Assembly: GCA_963713825.1 (NCBI GenBank) | Contig: CAVQNG010000025.1 | Span: 384,001 to 448,000 of the forward strand | Length of the DNA: 64,000 nucleotides | Direction of reading: 5' to 3' | From: an uncultured Acidobacteriota bacterium | GTDB lineage: Bacteria > Acidobacteriota > Thermoanaerobaculia > Multivoradales > JAHEKO01 | Part shown: piece by piece, positions 31,989 to 41,056 of the stretch | How the letters are laid out: each line of letters starts with the position of its first letter | Numbering within the stretch: the stretch's first letter is position 1 | The notes under the pieces: model-generated | Told to the model about the DNA's origin: nothing | Seen by the model: the letters and a program-made list of their open reading frames with translations, nothing else | The model's database searches: none | Program-made: the position numbers and the translations under genes

Positions 31989-32246
31989 TCAATGGCAAAG
32001 GTCCGAGGCGTGCGTCAGGAGAATGTCATGCACCTCTTCAGGGGAAAGGTGGCCATCCTGTTGCAGGCGGAGGGCCAGGTACTCAGCGATCGTTATCAAA
32101 TCCCAATTCAGCAACTCCGTGGCTTCGTCCTGGCTGATGGCGCTGTCGCGCACAGCCAGTTGCAGGAGGGCGTCTGCCACCGCATCGATCGATGGCGGGG
32201 GACAGTGCCTGAGCTCAGCTACGACGAGTTCTTTGGGTTGTTCCAT
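31989..32246 (-). CDS. 85-aa hypothetical protein, paralog of 29740-30000
   Basis: MEQPKE start with upstream GAGG/AAGG; IDAVADALLQLAVRDSAIS...WDLITIAEYLALRLQQDGHLSPEEVHDIL. Confidence 0.78.
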   Translation of the reverse strand: MEQPKELVVAELRHCPPPSIDAVADALLQLAVRDSAISQDEATELLNWDLITIAEYLALRLQQDGHLSPEEVHDILLTHASDLCH

Positions 32247-32251
32247 GACCT

Positions 32252-32464
32252 TTACCTCAAGCTCGGACGTGGGCTTTGCTGTCGAGGTTCGGCTGTCGAA
32301 TCTTCGGTCTTCTCCTTGGCGCTCGGCTGGTATCGACGGACCCAATACCGGTAATACTCCCCGGAGGCGGTAAGGTTCTCGCAAACCTGTGCGCACCGCT
32401 CGCAGAGAAACTTGTCGGTCAGGGACCCGCAGTCCGGGCAACGGTGTGGAGAGTTCCGAATCAT
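32252..32464 (-). CDS. 70-aa zinc-ribbon microprotein (CxxC-x8-CxxC)
   Basis: CPDCGSLTDKFLCERC; upstream GGAG; directly downstream of a sigma54 promoter and 5 bp before the next gene. Confidence 0.7.
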   Translation of the reverse strand: MIRNSPHRCPDCGSLTDKFLCERCAQVCENLTASGEYYRYWVRRYQPSAKEKTEDSTAEPRQQSPRPSLR

Positions 32465-32520
32465 CGAGTGCTTGCTCCAACTCTCATTGTGGCGTTTCTC
32501 TCAGTTCACTCGACGTATAC

Positions 32521-32537
32521 AGCAGGAAGCGTGCCAA
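32521..32537 (-). promoter_or_regulatory. Sigma54 (-24/-12) promoter
   Basis: Minus strand TTGGCACGCTTCCTGCT (GG-N10-GC) with an AT-rich, IHF-like tract upstream. Confidence 0.75.
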
Positions 32538-32690
32538 GGGTAAAGCTCCTTGAAAACACCTATTTCTATACAGTTATGAATCGGCGACCTGTCAATTAAT
32601 GGCAACGAAGTGACAGGCGATGATGGATGGATTCAAAATTTTGGAACAAAGAATCGACTGGCACCTTGCCGAAATGCTGGAGGAAGACGA

Positions 32691-33437
32691 ATGATTCAAC
32701 GAGAAACCGCCGGAAATGTGGAGGTGCTGCGGTTGCACCACGGCAAGGTGAATGCTCTGGATACAGAGCTGCTACAAGCCCTCGACGATCATCTTGTGGC
32801 TCTGGAAGAGGAGCCCTGGCGAGCTGTTGTCATGACAGGAGAGGGCCGGGCCTTTTCAGCCGGGCTCGACTTGCCGAGAGTTGTCGAAGGTGGTGCCGAG
32901 TACGTTACGTCGTTGCTGGAGGTGCTCACTCGACTTCTGCTGAGACTCATCCGTTTTCCGCGGCCAACAGTGGCTGCCATCAATGGGCATGCCATCGCTG
33001 GCGGGTGCATTCTGCCCTGCGCCTGTGACTCTCGCCTCATGGCCGCCGGCAGCGGGCGCATCGGAGTGACCGAGCTGCTGGTCGGGGTACCGTTTCCGAC
33101 TGCCGTTCTGGAACCGTTTCGCGAGGTGGTGGACCCCCGCTATCTGCGACGCCTGGTCTACGAGTCGTCACTGCTCTCGGCTGAAGAGGCTCTCGATGCC
33201 GGCCTCGTGAATGAAGTGCTACCACCCGAGGATCTGATCCCTCGATCTCTGGAGCTGGGGGAAACGTTGGCCCGCATTCGACCGCCGGTCTTCGCGATGA
33301 CGAAGCGTCAGCTGACAACTCCCCTGCTCGAACGGATCGAGCGATTGACCGCACTGCACGAGTCCGCCGCCGAGGATCTCTGGTTCGGCGAAGAGGCTCT
33401 CGACACCATCCGCCGATTCGTCGAGAAGACTCTCTAA
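32691..33437 (+). CDS. Enoyl-CoA hydratase/isomerase family
   Basis: KVNALD, AFSAGLDL, AINGHAIAGG and IGVTE motifs. Confidence 0.92.
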   Translation: MIQRETAGNVEVLRLHHGKVNALDTELLQALDDHLVALEEEPWRAVVMTGEGRAFSAGLDLPRVVEGGAEYVTSLLEVLTRLLLRLIRFPRPTVAAINGHAIAGGCILPCACDSRLMAAGSGRIGVTELLVGVPFPTAVLEPFREVVDPRYLRRLVYESSLLSAEEALDAGLVNEVLPPEDLIPRSLELGETLARIRPPVFAMTKRQLTTPLLERIERLTALHESAAEDLWFGEEALDTIRRFVEKTL

Positions 33438-36400
33438 CGAATCGAGTCGGGAGAGACGACCCGGGTCAGCCAGCTCTCCACATACTCACGGTGCAGCGGC
33501 GTGTCGGGGAAGCTCTCCTCGGCCCCATAGGGGTAGGTGCTCATGGCCCTGAACGGCAGCGGCTCCACCTGTTCGCCCGCGCCCGTGTTGCGATCGGCGT
33601 CTTTGTCCCAGCCGTGGCTCTCGAGGAACAGGGTGCGTCGCCATCCGGGCTGCACCGCAGGCAGGTCGGAGGCGTCGAACACCAGGGACATCTCGTCTCC
33701 GGGAGCCATGATCACCGAGCGATCGTCGGAGTCCTGAAGCAGCTCCTGGACATCGCCGTAACGGGTGTAGTTGCCGGGGAACGCCAGCCAGGGCGACTCG
33801 GTGCTCACCCGCTCGTAGTCGAACAGATGAGGGCCGTTCGGCGCCTGTCGGAACATCTCAGAGAAGCCGCGATAGTGCAGATCGGCTGTGGTTGGAGCCA
33901 ATCGAGCCTGGACAACCGGCTCGTGATCCGCGATGGCCGTCGACCAGGCGATTCGGTCCCACGACAGCCATTGAGTACCGACGATGCGAAGACGTTTCGC
34001 TCCCTCTGGCAGCGGAGGAGTGTCGACGACCATGGTTTTGGATTTGCCTGCCGGGAAGCCCATCGATGGCATCAGGACCTGCCAGCCGTCTTCAGTCTCG
34101 ACTTCCAGACGCGGCGGCCAGGTCGCGAGATCCGGGCGTTGGGCGACAGCCAGATTCAGACTCGCATCGGAGGGGAAGATCCAACCATCCAGATGCAGAC
34201 GGATCGCGGTCGAAGGTGCTTCGCCCAGATCGAGAGTGAATTGCCAGGGCTCTGCCGCTACCCCTTGATAGACGCTCTTCACCCAGCCATCCGCGAAGAC
34301 TCCGTCCCGGGTGGCGACTCGGTTCGTCACCTCGACTCCGCTGGCGTCCCAGGCCCGGGCAACCTGCCTGAGATCCCGGGTGGCGAGAACGACCTCGGGC
34401 AGAGCGTGGCCCGGGATGATGCGCAGATTACTGGCCACCTCGAGGTCCTCGGGATGATCGACAACCCAGGCCCGGACGTAGTCGAAGAAAGCCGCTTCCC
34501 ACAGCTCTTCAGTGACCATGAGGCGGTAGGCCCCATCGATGGTCACCGCGCCGTCCACTCGAACCAACTCTTCGGGGTCGGAGCTCGCCCACACGCCAGG
34601 AGCTACCGGTAGCCCGGCGGGTGCGCCCCACAGTAGATCGGTGACGAACCGGACGCGCTCGCCGTCCCACGCATAGAGGAACGGACAGCTGCCTTTGAGC
34701 AGCTGTTCTTCGACGATCCACTGGTTGGCAGGTGGCTGCAGCCGATTCTGTGGCACACCGTTAGTCCAGACGGCGCGCAGGATCTCCACCGTCGGCTGTT
34801 GGCCGAGGCCGAAATGGGTGACGTCGGAGGTCACTTCCTGGTACTGGTAGGCCCGACCGTGGATGACCTCGAGGCTGGCGCCAAAGCCGAAGATGTTGTT
34901 CTTGCTGTTGCCCTTGTCGAGACCGCGCAGCCGCACCATCATGCATTGGTTGTTGCTGCCACCCCGGTTCTCGAGCCGGGTCAGACCCTCGGGACCTCCA
35001 ATCAGAAGGTCCAGATCACAATCCTGATCGAGATCGACCGCCACCAGGGAGGAGGCAGCACTCGGAGTCCCTTCAGCCGAGAGTCTCTCGAAGGTGGGGC
35101 CGGGTCGCTGAGCCGCGATGGCGACGCCGGAAGGGCCGGCCATAGCCAGATCCATCCGGCCATCATTGTCGGCGTCGAAGACCGCAATCGAGCTCCAGTT
35201 CCCTTCTGTTTCAAGTTTCGAGCCGAGGTCCCAGGGTTCGAACCGTCCTCCTTTGTTGTGGAAGACCTGCAGCTGGGCACCACCTGTCACCAGGTCGGTG
35301 AGACCGTCGTTGTCCAGGTCCGAGCTGACGACGATCGTCGCCGCCTTGCCGCCGGCCAGGCCACCTGCAGCCGTGCGATCGACGAACTGGCCCTGGCGAA
35401 GGTTGTCCAGCCAGGTCAAACCGTCGTCATGGGCCAGGATCAGGTCCACGTCCCCGTCCCGATCCAGGTCACTGGCCCTCACATCGTTGATGTTCTCCGG
35501 TCCTCCAGTGGGCAGGCTCTTGCTACCCACTGCCTCCAAGGGTCCGCGAAGAGCGTTTCTGTAGAGCTCGCCACTGGCGCTCTTGCCTCCGAAGAGGGCC
35601 AGGTCCAGGTCGCCTTCGATATCGAAGTCCAGGACCGTACCGGCTGTGGCACCGCTTGCCTGCAACCCGAAATTCTCGGTAGCTGGTGCGAAGCTCCCTT
35701 CAGGCTGGCCCTTGAAGACGTGCACGACCTCGGCGCCAAGGGCAATGAGATCGAGGTGACCGTCGTTGTCGAGATCGGCGACCAGCAGTCGCTGCGCTCC
35801 CGGTGCGGGCAGCCTCGACGCAGCCTGAGCCGGGTCCGCGGCAAGCCAGACTTCTAGAGTGGTGTTGCCCTCCGGGGTGAGAAAGACCCAGTCGCTCTTC
35901 TGGTCGTCATCGAAATCGCCACTCGCCAGGGCTGTCCCGCCTACTGGTGCGGCCGATGCCGCCTGGCCGTGGAAGGTCACCTTCGCGGGCTCGCCCATGC
36001 TCGTGAGAGGAGGCTCGCCTTGAAAGTAGAGGAGCGGCCACCCCTGGATGCCCGGTGCCACCTCGCGGAGGCCTTCTTTGTACATGGCGGTGATCTTCAA
36101 CACGTTCTCGAGCCGCAGAGCGGGCACCCTCGCGGCCTCGAAGTCGTCCGCCTCGAGCGCGGCGAGGATCTGGTCGATCAGAGTCATGGCTGCGGCCGGC
36201 GCCTGCCAGGCCGTCTCCTGAATTCGTAGGAAGATCTTGCTGGCGCCCGCCCGATCACCCGAGGCCAGGGCCCGCTGGCCCGCCTGGAGAAGGAGGACGG
36301 GATTCTCGGGTCGAAGCCGAATGAGGCCTTCCAGGGCCTGAGCGGCCGCGGCCTCAGCGCCTTCACCGGCGTAGGTCGTGGCCTGCCGGTAGAGGGCATA

Positions 36401-36793
36401 TTGAACCGCCACGTTGTTCGGTGCAGCCTGGGCGGCCTTCTGGTACTCGGGCAGCGCCTGGTCCGGTTTGCCTCCCCACTGCAGGATCTCTCCTCGGATG
36501 GTCAGGATGTCCGGATTGCCGGGCGACTTGGCCAAGGCCTCGTCGACTCGGGTCAGTGCCTCGTCGAACTTCTGCTGTCTCATCAATGCGATGGAGAGGT
36601 TGGCGTAACCCAGCGGGTCGTCGGGCAGAATCTGGATCAGCTCCCGAAAGGCCTCTTCGGCCAGGGCAGGCTGCTCGTTCTCCAGCTGGGCATTGCCCAC
36701 ATTGCGGAGCTCTACCGCCTGGTCGGGCACGGATGCTTGAATGGGCAGTGCGACTGCGAGGACGACGACAAGGACAAGCGTCGAGGGTTTCAT
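33434..36793 (-). CDS. Secreted TPR + FG-GAP + ASPIC/UnbV (CRTAC1-like) protein
   Basis: Signal peptide, TPRs, repeated DxDxDGxxD loops, HFGLG, and GSCPFLYAWDG C-terminal domain. Confidence 0.88.
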   Translation of the reverse strand: MKPSTLVLVVVLAVALPIQASVPDQAVELRNVGNAQLENEQPALAEEAFRELIQILPDDPLGYANLSIALMRQQKFDEALTRVDEALAKSPGNPDILTIRGEILQWGGKPDQALPEYQKAAQAAPNNVAVQYALYRQATTYAGEGAEAAAAQALEGLIRLRPENPVLLLQAGQRALASGDRAGASKIFLRIQETAWQAPAAAMTLIDQILAALEADDFEAARVPALRLENVLKITAMYKEGLREVAPGIQGWPLLYFQGEPPLTSMGEPAKVTFHGQAASAAPVGGTALASGDFDDDQKSDWVFLTPEGNTTLEVWLAADPAQAASRLPAPGAQRLLVADLDNDGHLDLIALGAEVVHVFKGQPEGSFAPATENFGLQASGATAGTVLDFDIEGDLDLALFGGKSASGELYRNALRGPLEAVGSKSLPTGGPENINDVRASDLDRDGDVDLILAHDDGLTWLDNLRQGQFVDRTAAGGLAGGKAATIVVSSDLDNDGLTDLVTGGAQLQVFHNKGGRFEPWDLGSKLETEGNWSSIAVFDADNDGRMDLAMAGPSGVAIAAQRPGPTFERLSAEGTPSAASSLVAVDLDQDCDLDLLIGGPEGLTRLENRGGSNNQCMMVRLRGLDKGNSKNNIFGFGASLEVIHGRAYQYQEVTSDVTHFGLGQQPTVEILRAVWTNGVPQNRLQPPANQWIVEEQLLKGSCPFLYAWDGERVRFVTDLLWGAPAGLPVAPGVWASSDPEELVRVDGAVTIDGAYRLMVTEELWEAAFFDYVRAWVVDHPEDLEVASNLRIIPGHALPEVVLATRDLRQVARAWDASGVEVTNRVATRDGVFADGWVKSVYQGVAAEPWQFTLDLGEAPSTAIRLHLDGWIFPSDASLNLAVAQRPDLATWPPRLEVETEDGWQVLMPSMGFPAGKSKTMVVDTPPLPEGAKRLRIVGTQWLSWDRIAWSTAIADHEPVVQARLAPTTADLHYRGFSEMFRQAPNGPHLFDYERVSTESPWLAFPGNYTRYGDVQELLQDSDDRSVIMAPGDEMSLVFDASDLPAVQPGWRRTLFLESHGWDKDADRNTGAGEQVEPLPFRAMSTYPYGAEESFPDTPLHREYVESWLTRVVSPDSIR

Positions 36794-36845
36794 GGTGACA
36801 ACATTCTACGCCAGCCTCCATGGTGGAGGCTGGCTGGATGGGGCT

Positions 36846-36974
36846 TGAGGTTGATACGTCCGAGCTTTGCCCGGCCGATCTTTGAGGTCTTGAGGGTGGA
36901 TCAGCCCGCGTACAGTGGCTGATCTTTGACGGTTGAAGCGGCCGGCAGGCACGACCAGGCGCCTCAACCCTAAG
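36846..36974. repeat. ~130-bp palindromic element with nested inverted repeats (MITE/REP-like)
   Basis: Termini AGGTTGATACGTCCG / CAGGCGCCTCAACCCT; inner CCGGCCG/CGGCCGG and GATCAGCC/GGCTGATC; homologous partial copy at 2402-2500. Confidence 0.65.
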
Positions 36975-37049
36975 GGTCGGTAGGACGGTGGATGTAGAGG
37001 CAGGACTTGCCGCCGTCGAGGTCCTTCTGGATGGTAACCTCCCTTCACC

Positions 37050-37562
37050 ATGGATACGGTAGACGAGCATCGCGAAGCGGCGCCGAAGGTTCTGCGTTTT
37101 TCGGTCATCACGGTCAGTGACAGCCGCACGTTGGAGACAGACATCAGCGGCCAGAGCATCTGTGAATTGGCCATCGCCGCCGGGCATCAGATCCATGGGC
37201 ACGAGATCGTCTCGGATGACAGGTTGGAGATTCGTACTCAACTCCAAGCGGTTCTGGCCGACGAGGGAGTCGATGTTCTGGTGTTAAATGGGGGTACCGG
37301 TTTCTCGCCACGGGACGTGACCAGCGAGGTCGTCGAGCCGCTCCTGGACACGACTCTTTACGGATTCGGTGAGCTCTTTCGGATGCTCTCGTGGCGGCAG
37401 GTAGGAGCGGCGGCCATGCTGAGCCGTGCGGTCGCCGGTCTCATTGGCAAGAGAGCGGTTTTCGTTTTGCCTGGCTCGCCCAAAGCCGTCGAGCTAGCCA
37501 TGGAACAGCTCATCCTGCCCGAAGCGGCTCACCTTCTGAGCCAAGTCGAGAGATCGGATTGA
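37050..37562 (+). CDS. moaB: Molybdenum cofactor biosynthesis protein MoaB/Mog
   Basis: TVSDSR, DISG, GGTGFSPRDVT, GFGELFR and LPGSPKAV motifs. Confidence 0.93.
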   Translation: MDTVDEHREAAPKVLRFSVITVSDSRTLETDISGQSICELAIAAGHQIHGHEIVSDDRLEIRTQLQAVLADEGVDVLVLNGGTGFSPRDVTSEVVEPLLDTTLYGFGELFRMLSWRQVGAAAMLSRAVAGLIGKRAVFVLPGSPKAVELAMEQLILPEAAHLLSQVERSD

Positions 37563-37570
37563 CCGCCCTC

Positions 37571-40195
37571 ATGCCCGAAGCTCGCCCACGCCTCTACCTC
37601 ATCGATGGCTACTCGAATATCTTTCGGGCCTTCTATGCCATTCGGCACCTCTCCAACTCGAAGGGGGAGCCGACCAACGCCGTCTACGGCTTTGTGCAGA
37701 TGCTGCGCAAGCTGCTGCGCGACGAGCAGCCCGATCTGATCGGTGTGGCGCTGGATGTCTCGCGCCGGACCGTGCGGACCGAGAAGTTCGAGGACTACAA
37801 GGCCAACCGGGCGCCGATGCCCGAGGAGTTGCGAGGCCAGATCCCACAGATTCGCAAGGCCCTCGAGGCGCACCGGATCCCGATCCTCGAGATGGAGAAC
37901 TACGAAGCCGACGACGTGCTGGGCAGCCTGGCAGGCAAAGCCGCGGAGGAGGGCTACGACGTCATCTTGGTGAGTGCCGACAAGGACTTGATGCAGCTCG
38001 TCGACGACCACGTCTTCTTGATGCATACCGGTCGGAACAAGCTCTACGACCCTGCGGGTGTCGAGGAGGACTTCGGTGTGCCACCGGGCCAGGTGGTCGA
38101 GGTCCTGGCTCTCAAAGGGGACTCCGTGGACAACGTCCCCGGCGTACCTGGAATCGGCGAGAAGGGCGCGATCCAGCTGGTCCGAGAGTATGGGACGGTC
38201 GAGAACCTTCTCGAACGAGCCGAGGAGATCAAACGCAAAAGCTATAGGGAAGGGCTGCAGGACAACCACGAGCTGGCTCTGCTCTCGAAGGAGCTGGTGA
38301 CCATCCACACCGATTTAGCGCTCGATTTCGAACCGGAACGACTGCAGCATGAAGAGCCTGACACGGCAGCTCTCAAGGAACTGTTTCGGGAGCTGGAGTT
38401 CTTTTCGCTGGTCGACGAGCTGGAGGTCGGCGGGCCGGCAGAGGACATTCCCGCCGCAACAGCGATTGTCTCAGCCGAGCAATGGAGTCAACACGTCGGT
38501 GGTTGGGTCGGTGAGATCTCGCTGGCGGCTGTCGGCGATCCACCGGTGGGCCTGGCCGCGTCGGCCGAGGAGTCGGAGCCAGTCTTCGCGGACTTCACTC
38601 AGCCGGGAGTCCGTGAGGCAGTGCTCGAGTCTCTGGAAGGTTGGGTCGAGGACGAAGGCCGGCGACTCGTGGGGCACGATCTCAAGGAGGTCCTGCGTCT
38701 TGGCGGCCCTGGCGCGACTGTGAATGCCACCCTCCTCGACACGATGTTGATCTCCTACGTGCTGCGCCCCGCCTCGCGGGCACATGCCCTGGAAGAAGTG
38801 GCTCTCGAGCGCCTCAACCAGAAGATCTCCAGTGCCAAGGAGGTCGGACTGACGGGAGGTTCGCTTCAGTTGGACGATACCGCTCTCCTGGCCTATGCCG
38901 GAGAACAGGTGGTCGTGCCGCAGCGATTGCTGCCCGGGTTGATGAAAGAGCTCGGCGACGGAGATCTCTCCCGCGTCTATCGGGAGATCGACGCTCCCCT
39001 GATCCCTGTCCTGATGAGGATGGAAGAAAACGGAATTCTGTTGGACCGCGACTTTCTCGAGGCGATGTCCAGCCAACTCGGTGGGGAGCTGGACGAGTTG
39101 CGCACAGAGATCTTCAAGGTGGCGGGGGAGGAGTTCAACATCAACTCGCCGCAGCAGCTCGGCGTCATCCTCTTCGAGAAGCTGCAATATCCGGTGATCA
39201 AGAAGACCCGCAAGACCAAGAGCTACGCTACCGGTGCAGACATCCTCCAGCAGCTCGCCCTGCAGGGCTACCCGCTGCCCGAGCTCATCTTGCGCTATCG
39301 GGAGCTCAGCAAGCTCAAGTCCACCTATGTGGATGCCCTTCCGGCCCTTGTCGCTGAAGATGGTCGCGTCCACACGCGCTATGAGCAGGCGGTGGCGGCC
39401 ACGGGTCGACTCTCTTCGGTCAATCCGAACCTGCAGAACATTCCGGTGCGAACCGAGCTGGGCCAGCGTATCCGCAAGGCCTTCGTGGCTTCCGAAGATC
39501 ATCTTCTCTTGGTGGCGGACTACAACCAGATCGAGCTGCGGGTGTTGGCGCATATCGCCGCAGATACGGCACTCATCGAGGCCTTCGCATCGGGCGAGGA
39601 TATTCATCGCGCTACGGCGGCGGCGGTCTTCGGCGTGGCGCCGGAGCTGGTGATGGTCGAGCAGCGACGTGCCGCCAAGACGATCAACTTCGGAATCATC
39701 TACGGCATCAGCGCTTTCGGGCTGGGACGGAACCTGGGGATCCATCCCTCCGAAGCCGACCTCTTCATTCAGGCCTACTTCGAGCGTTATCCGGGTGTGA
39801 GGACCTACATGGACGAGACGCTAGCTAGCGCGGGAGAGTCCGGCAAGGTGGAGACCCTCTATGGCCGGGCTCGTTGGCTGCCGGAGATCCAGGCGACGAA
39901 TCGCAACCGGCGCGAGAACGCTCAGCGCATGGCGATCAACGCCCGCATCCAGGGAACGGCGGCCGATCTGCTGAAGATGGCCATGATCACCCTGGACGAT
40001 GAGCTGCGACGCCAGTACCCGACTTCGAGACTTCTCCTGACGGTGCACGACGAACTGGTTCTGGAAGTGCCGACCGGTGACCTGGACTCGGTAGCCGAGC
40101 TGGTCCGTGAGACCATGGAAGGCGTGGAACAGCTGAAGGTACCCCTGGTCGTGGATGTAGGGAGTGGCCCCACCTGGTTCGACGCCAAAGCCTAG
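37571..40195 (+). CDS. polA: DNA polymerase I
   Basis: 5'-3' exonuclease motifs (LIDG, EADDV, DKDL, DNVPGVPGIG) and PolA motifs (ADYNQIELR, AKTINFGIIYG, VHDEL). Start at MPEARP. Confidence 0.97.
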   Translation: MPEARPRLYLIDGYSNIFRAFYAIRHLSNSKGEPTNAVYGFVQMLRKLLRDEQPDLIGVALDVSRRTVRTEKFEDYKANRAPMPEELRGQIPQIRKALEAHRIPILEMENYEADDVLGSLAGKAAEEGYDVILVSADKDLMQLVDDHVFLMHTGRNKLYDPAGVEEDFGVPPGQVVEVLALKGDSVDNVPGVPGIGEKGAIQLVREYGTVENLLERAEEIKRKSYREGLQDNHELALLSKELVTIHTDLALDFEPERLQHEEPDTAALKELFRELEFFSLVDELEVGGPAEDIPAATAIVSAEQWSQHVGGWVGEISLAAVGDPPVGLAASAEESEPVFADFTQPGVREAVLESLEGWVEDEGRRLVGHDLKEVLRLGGPGATVNATLLDTMLISYVLRPASRAHALEEVALERLNQKISSAKEVGLTGGSLQLDDTALLAYAGEQVVVPQRLLPGLMKELGDGDLSRVYREIDAPLIPVLMRMEENGILLDRDFLEAMSSQLGGELDELRTEIFKVAGEEFNINSPQQLGVILFEKLQYPVIKKTRKTKSYATGADILQQLALQGYPLPELILRYRELSKLKSTYVDALPALVAEDGRVHTRYEQAVAATGRLSSVNPNLQNIPVRTELGQRIRKAFVASEDHLLLVADYNQIELRVLAHIAADTALIEAFASGEDIHRATAAAVFGVAPELVMVEQRRAAKTINFGIIYGISAFGLGRNLGIHPSEADLFIQAYFERYPGVRTYMDETLASAGESGKVETLYGRARWLPEIQATNRNRRENAQRMAINARIQGTAADLLKMAMITLDDELRRQYPTSRLLLTVHDELVLEVPTGDLDSVAELVRETMEGVEQLKVPLVVDVGSGPTWFDAKA

Positions 40196-40250
40196 AATTC
40201 ACCTGAACGGACCTGCCTCTGGGCAGGCCAGAGTCTTCGAGGTGAAGCCG

Positions 40251-41009
40251 ATGGAAGAGGAACGTCTCATCGAGTTGTTGGTCGAGCTCCACGAGGGCCT
40301 GCCGCGGCTCGGACCCGGCAACGACGAGTCCACACTGAGGGCTTTGAGCCTTTGCGAGGACTTGCCCTCCAAACCTGAGATCCTGGATGTGGGTTGCGGC
40401 ACCGGAGCGCAGACCCTCGCGCTGGCCGCGAATAGCGACGGCCACTTGACGGCGGTGGATCTGATTCCTGACTTCCTGGCCCAACTCGACAAGAGCGTCG
40501 TTCGCCAAGGACTCGAGGATCGCGTCGAGATCCGAGCAGCGGACATGAACGAGCTGCCCTTTCCGGAGGCCAGCTTCGATCTCGTTTGGAGTGAGGGCGC
40601 GATCTACATCATGGGCTTCGACAACGGCCTCACCGAGTGGCGACCCCTGGTCAAGCCTGGTGGCTACCTCGTCGTTTCCGAGGTGTCGTGGTTCCGACCG
40701 GACCCGCCGCAGGAGGTGTTGGATTTCTGGCAGGAGAACTATCCTGCCATTCGTACCGTTGATGAGAACCTCGCTGCCGCCAGAGATCGAGGATGGTTGC
40801 CGGTGGGGAGCTTCCACCTGCCCAAGGAAGGTTGGGTCCAGGAGTACTACAGGCAGCTCGAGGAACGCCTCGCCGATTTCCGCCAGGCCAAAGCCGACGA
40901 CCCGGACGCCCAGGGGGTTGCCGACCTGACCGAGCTCGAGATGTCCATGTTCTCTCGCTACTCAGACTTCTACGGCTACGAGTTCTACATCCTGCGCCGC
41001 GCCGACTAG
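40251..41009 (+). CDS. Class I SAM-dependent methyltransferase
   Basis: LDVGCGTG, FDLVWSEGAIY and YGYEFY motifs. Confidence 0.9.
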   Translation: MEEERLIELLVELHEGLPRLGPGNDESTLRALSLCEDLPSKPEILDVGCGTGAQTLALAANSDGHLTAVDLIPDFLAQLDKSVVRQGLEDRVEIRAADMNELPFPEASFDLVWSEGAIYIMGFDNGLTEWRPLVKPGGYLVVSEVSWFRPDPPQEVLDFWQENYPAIRTVDENLAAARDRGWLPVGSFHLPKEGWVQEYYRQLEERLADFRQAKADDPDAQGVADLTELEMSMFSRYSDFYGYEFYILRRAD

Positions 41010-41056
41010 CTGGCGTATGGTGGCGCGCAGGACCGAGAAGGGAAGGCACTCGCACA

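Noticed and set aside
31954-31991. Selenocysteine read-through: TGA followed by a hairpin, with selB in the window
   Set aside because: The paralog at 29740 ends at the equivalent position with TAG, so this TGA is a true stop.
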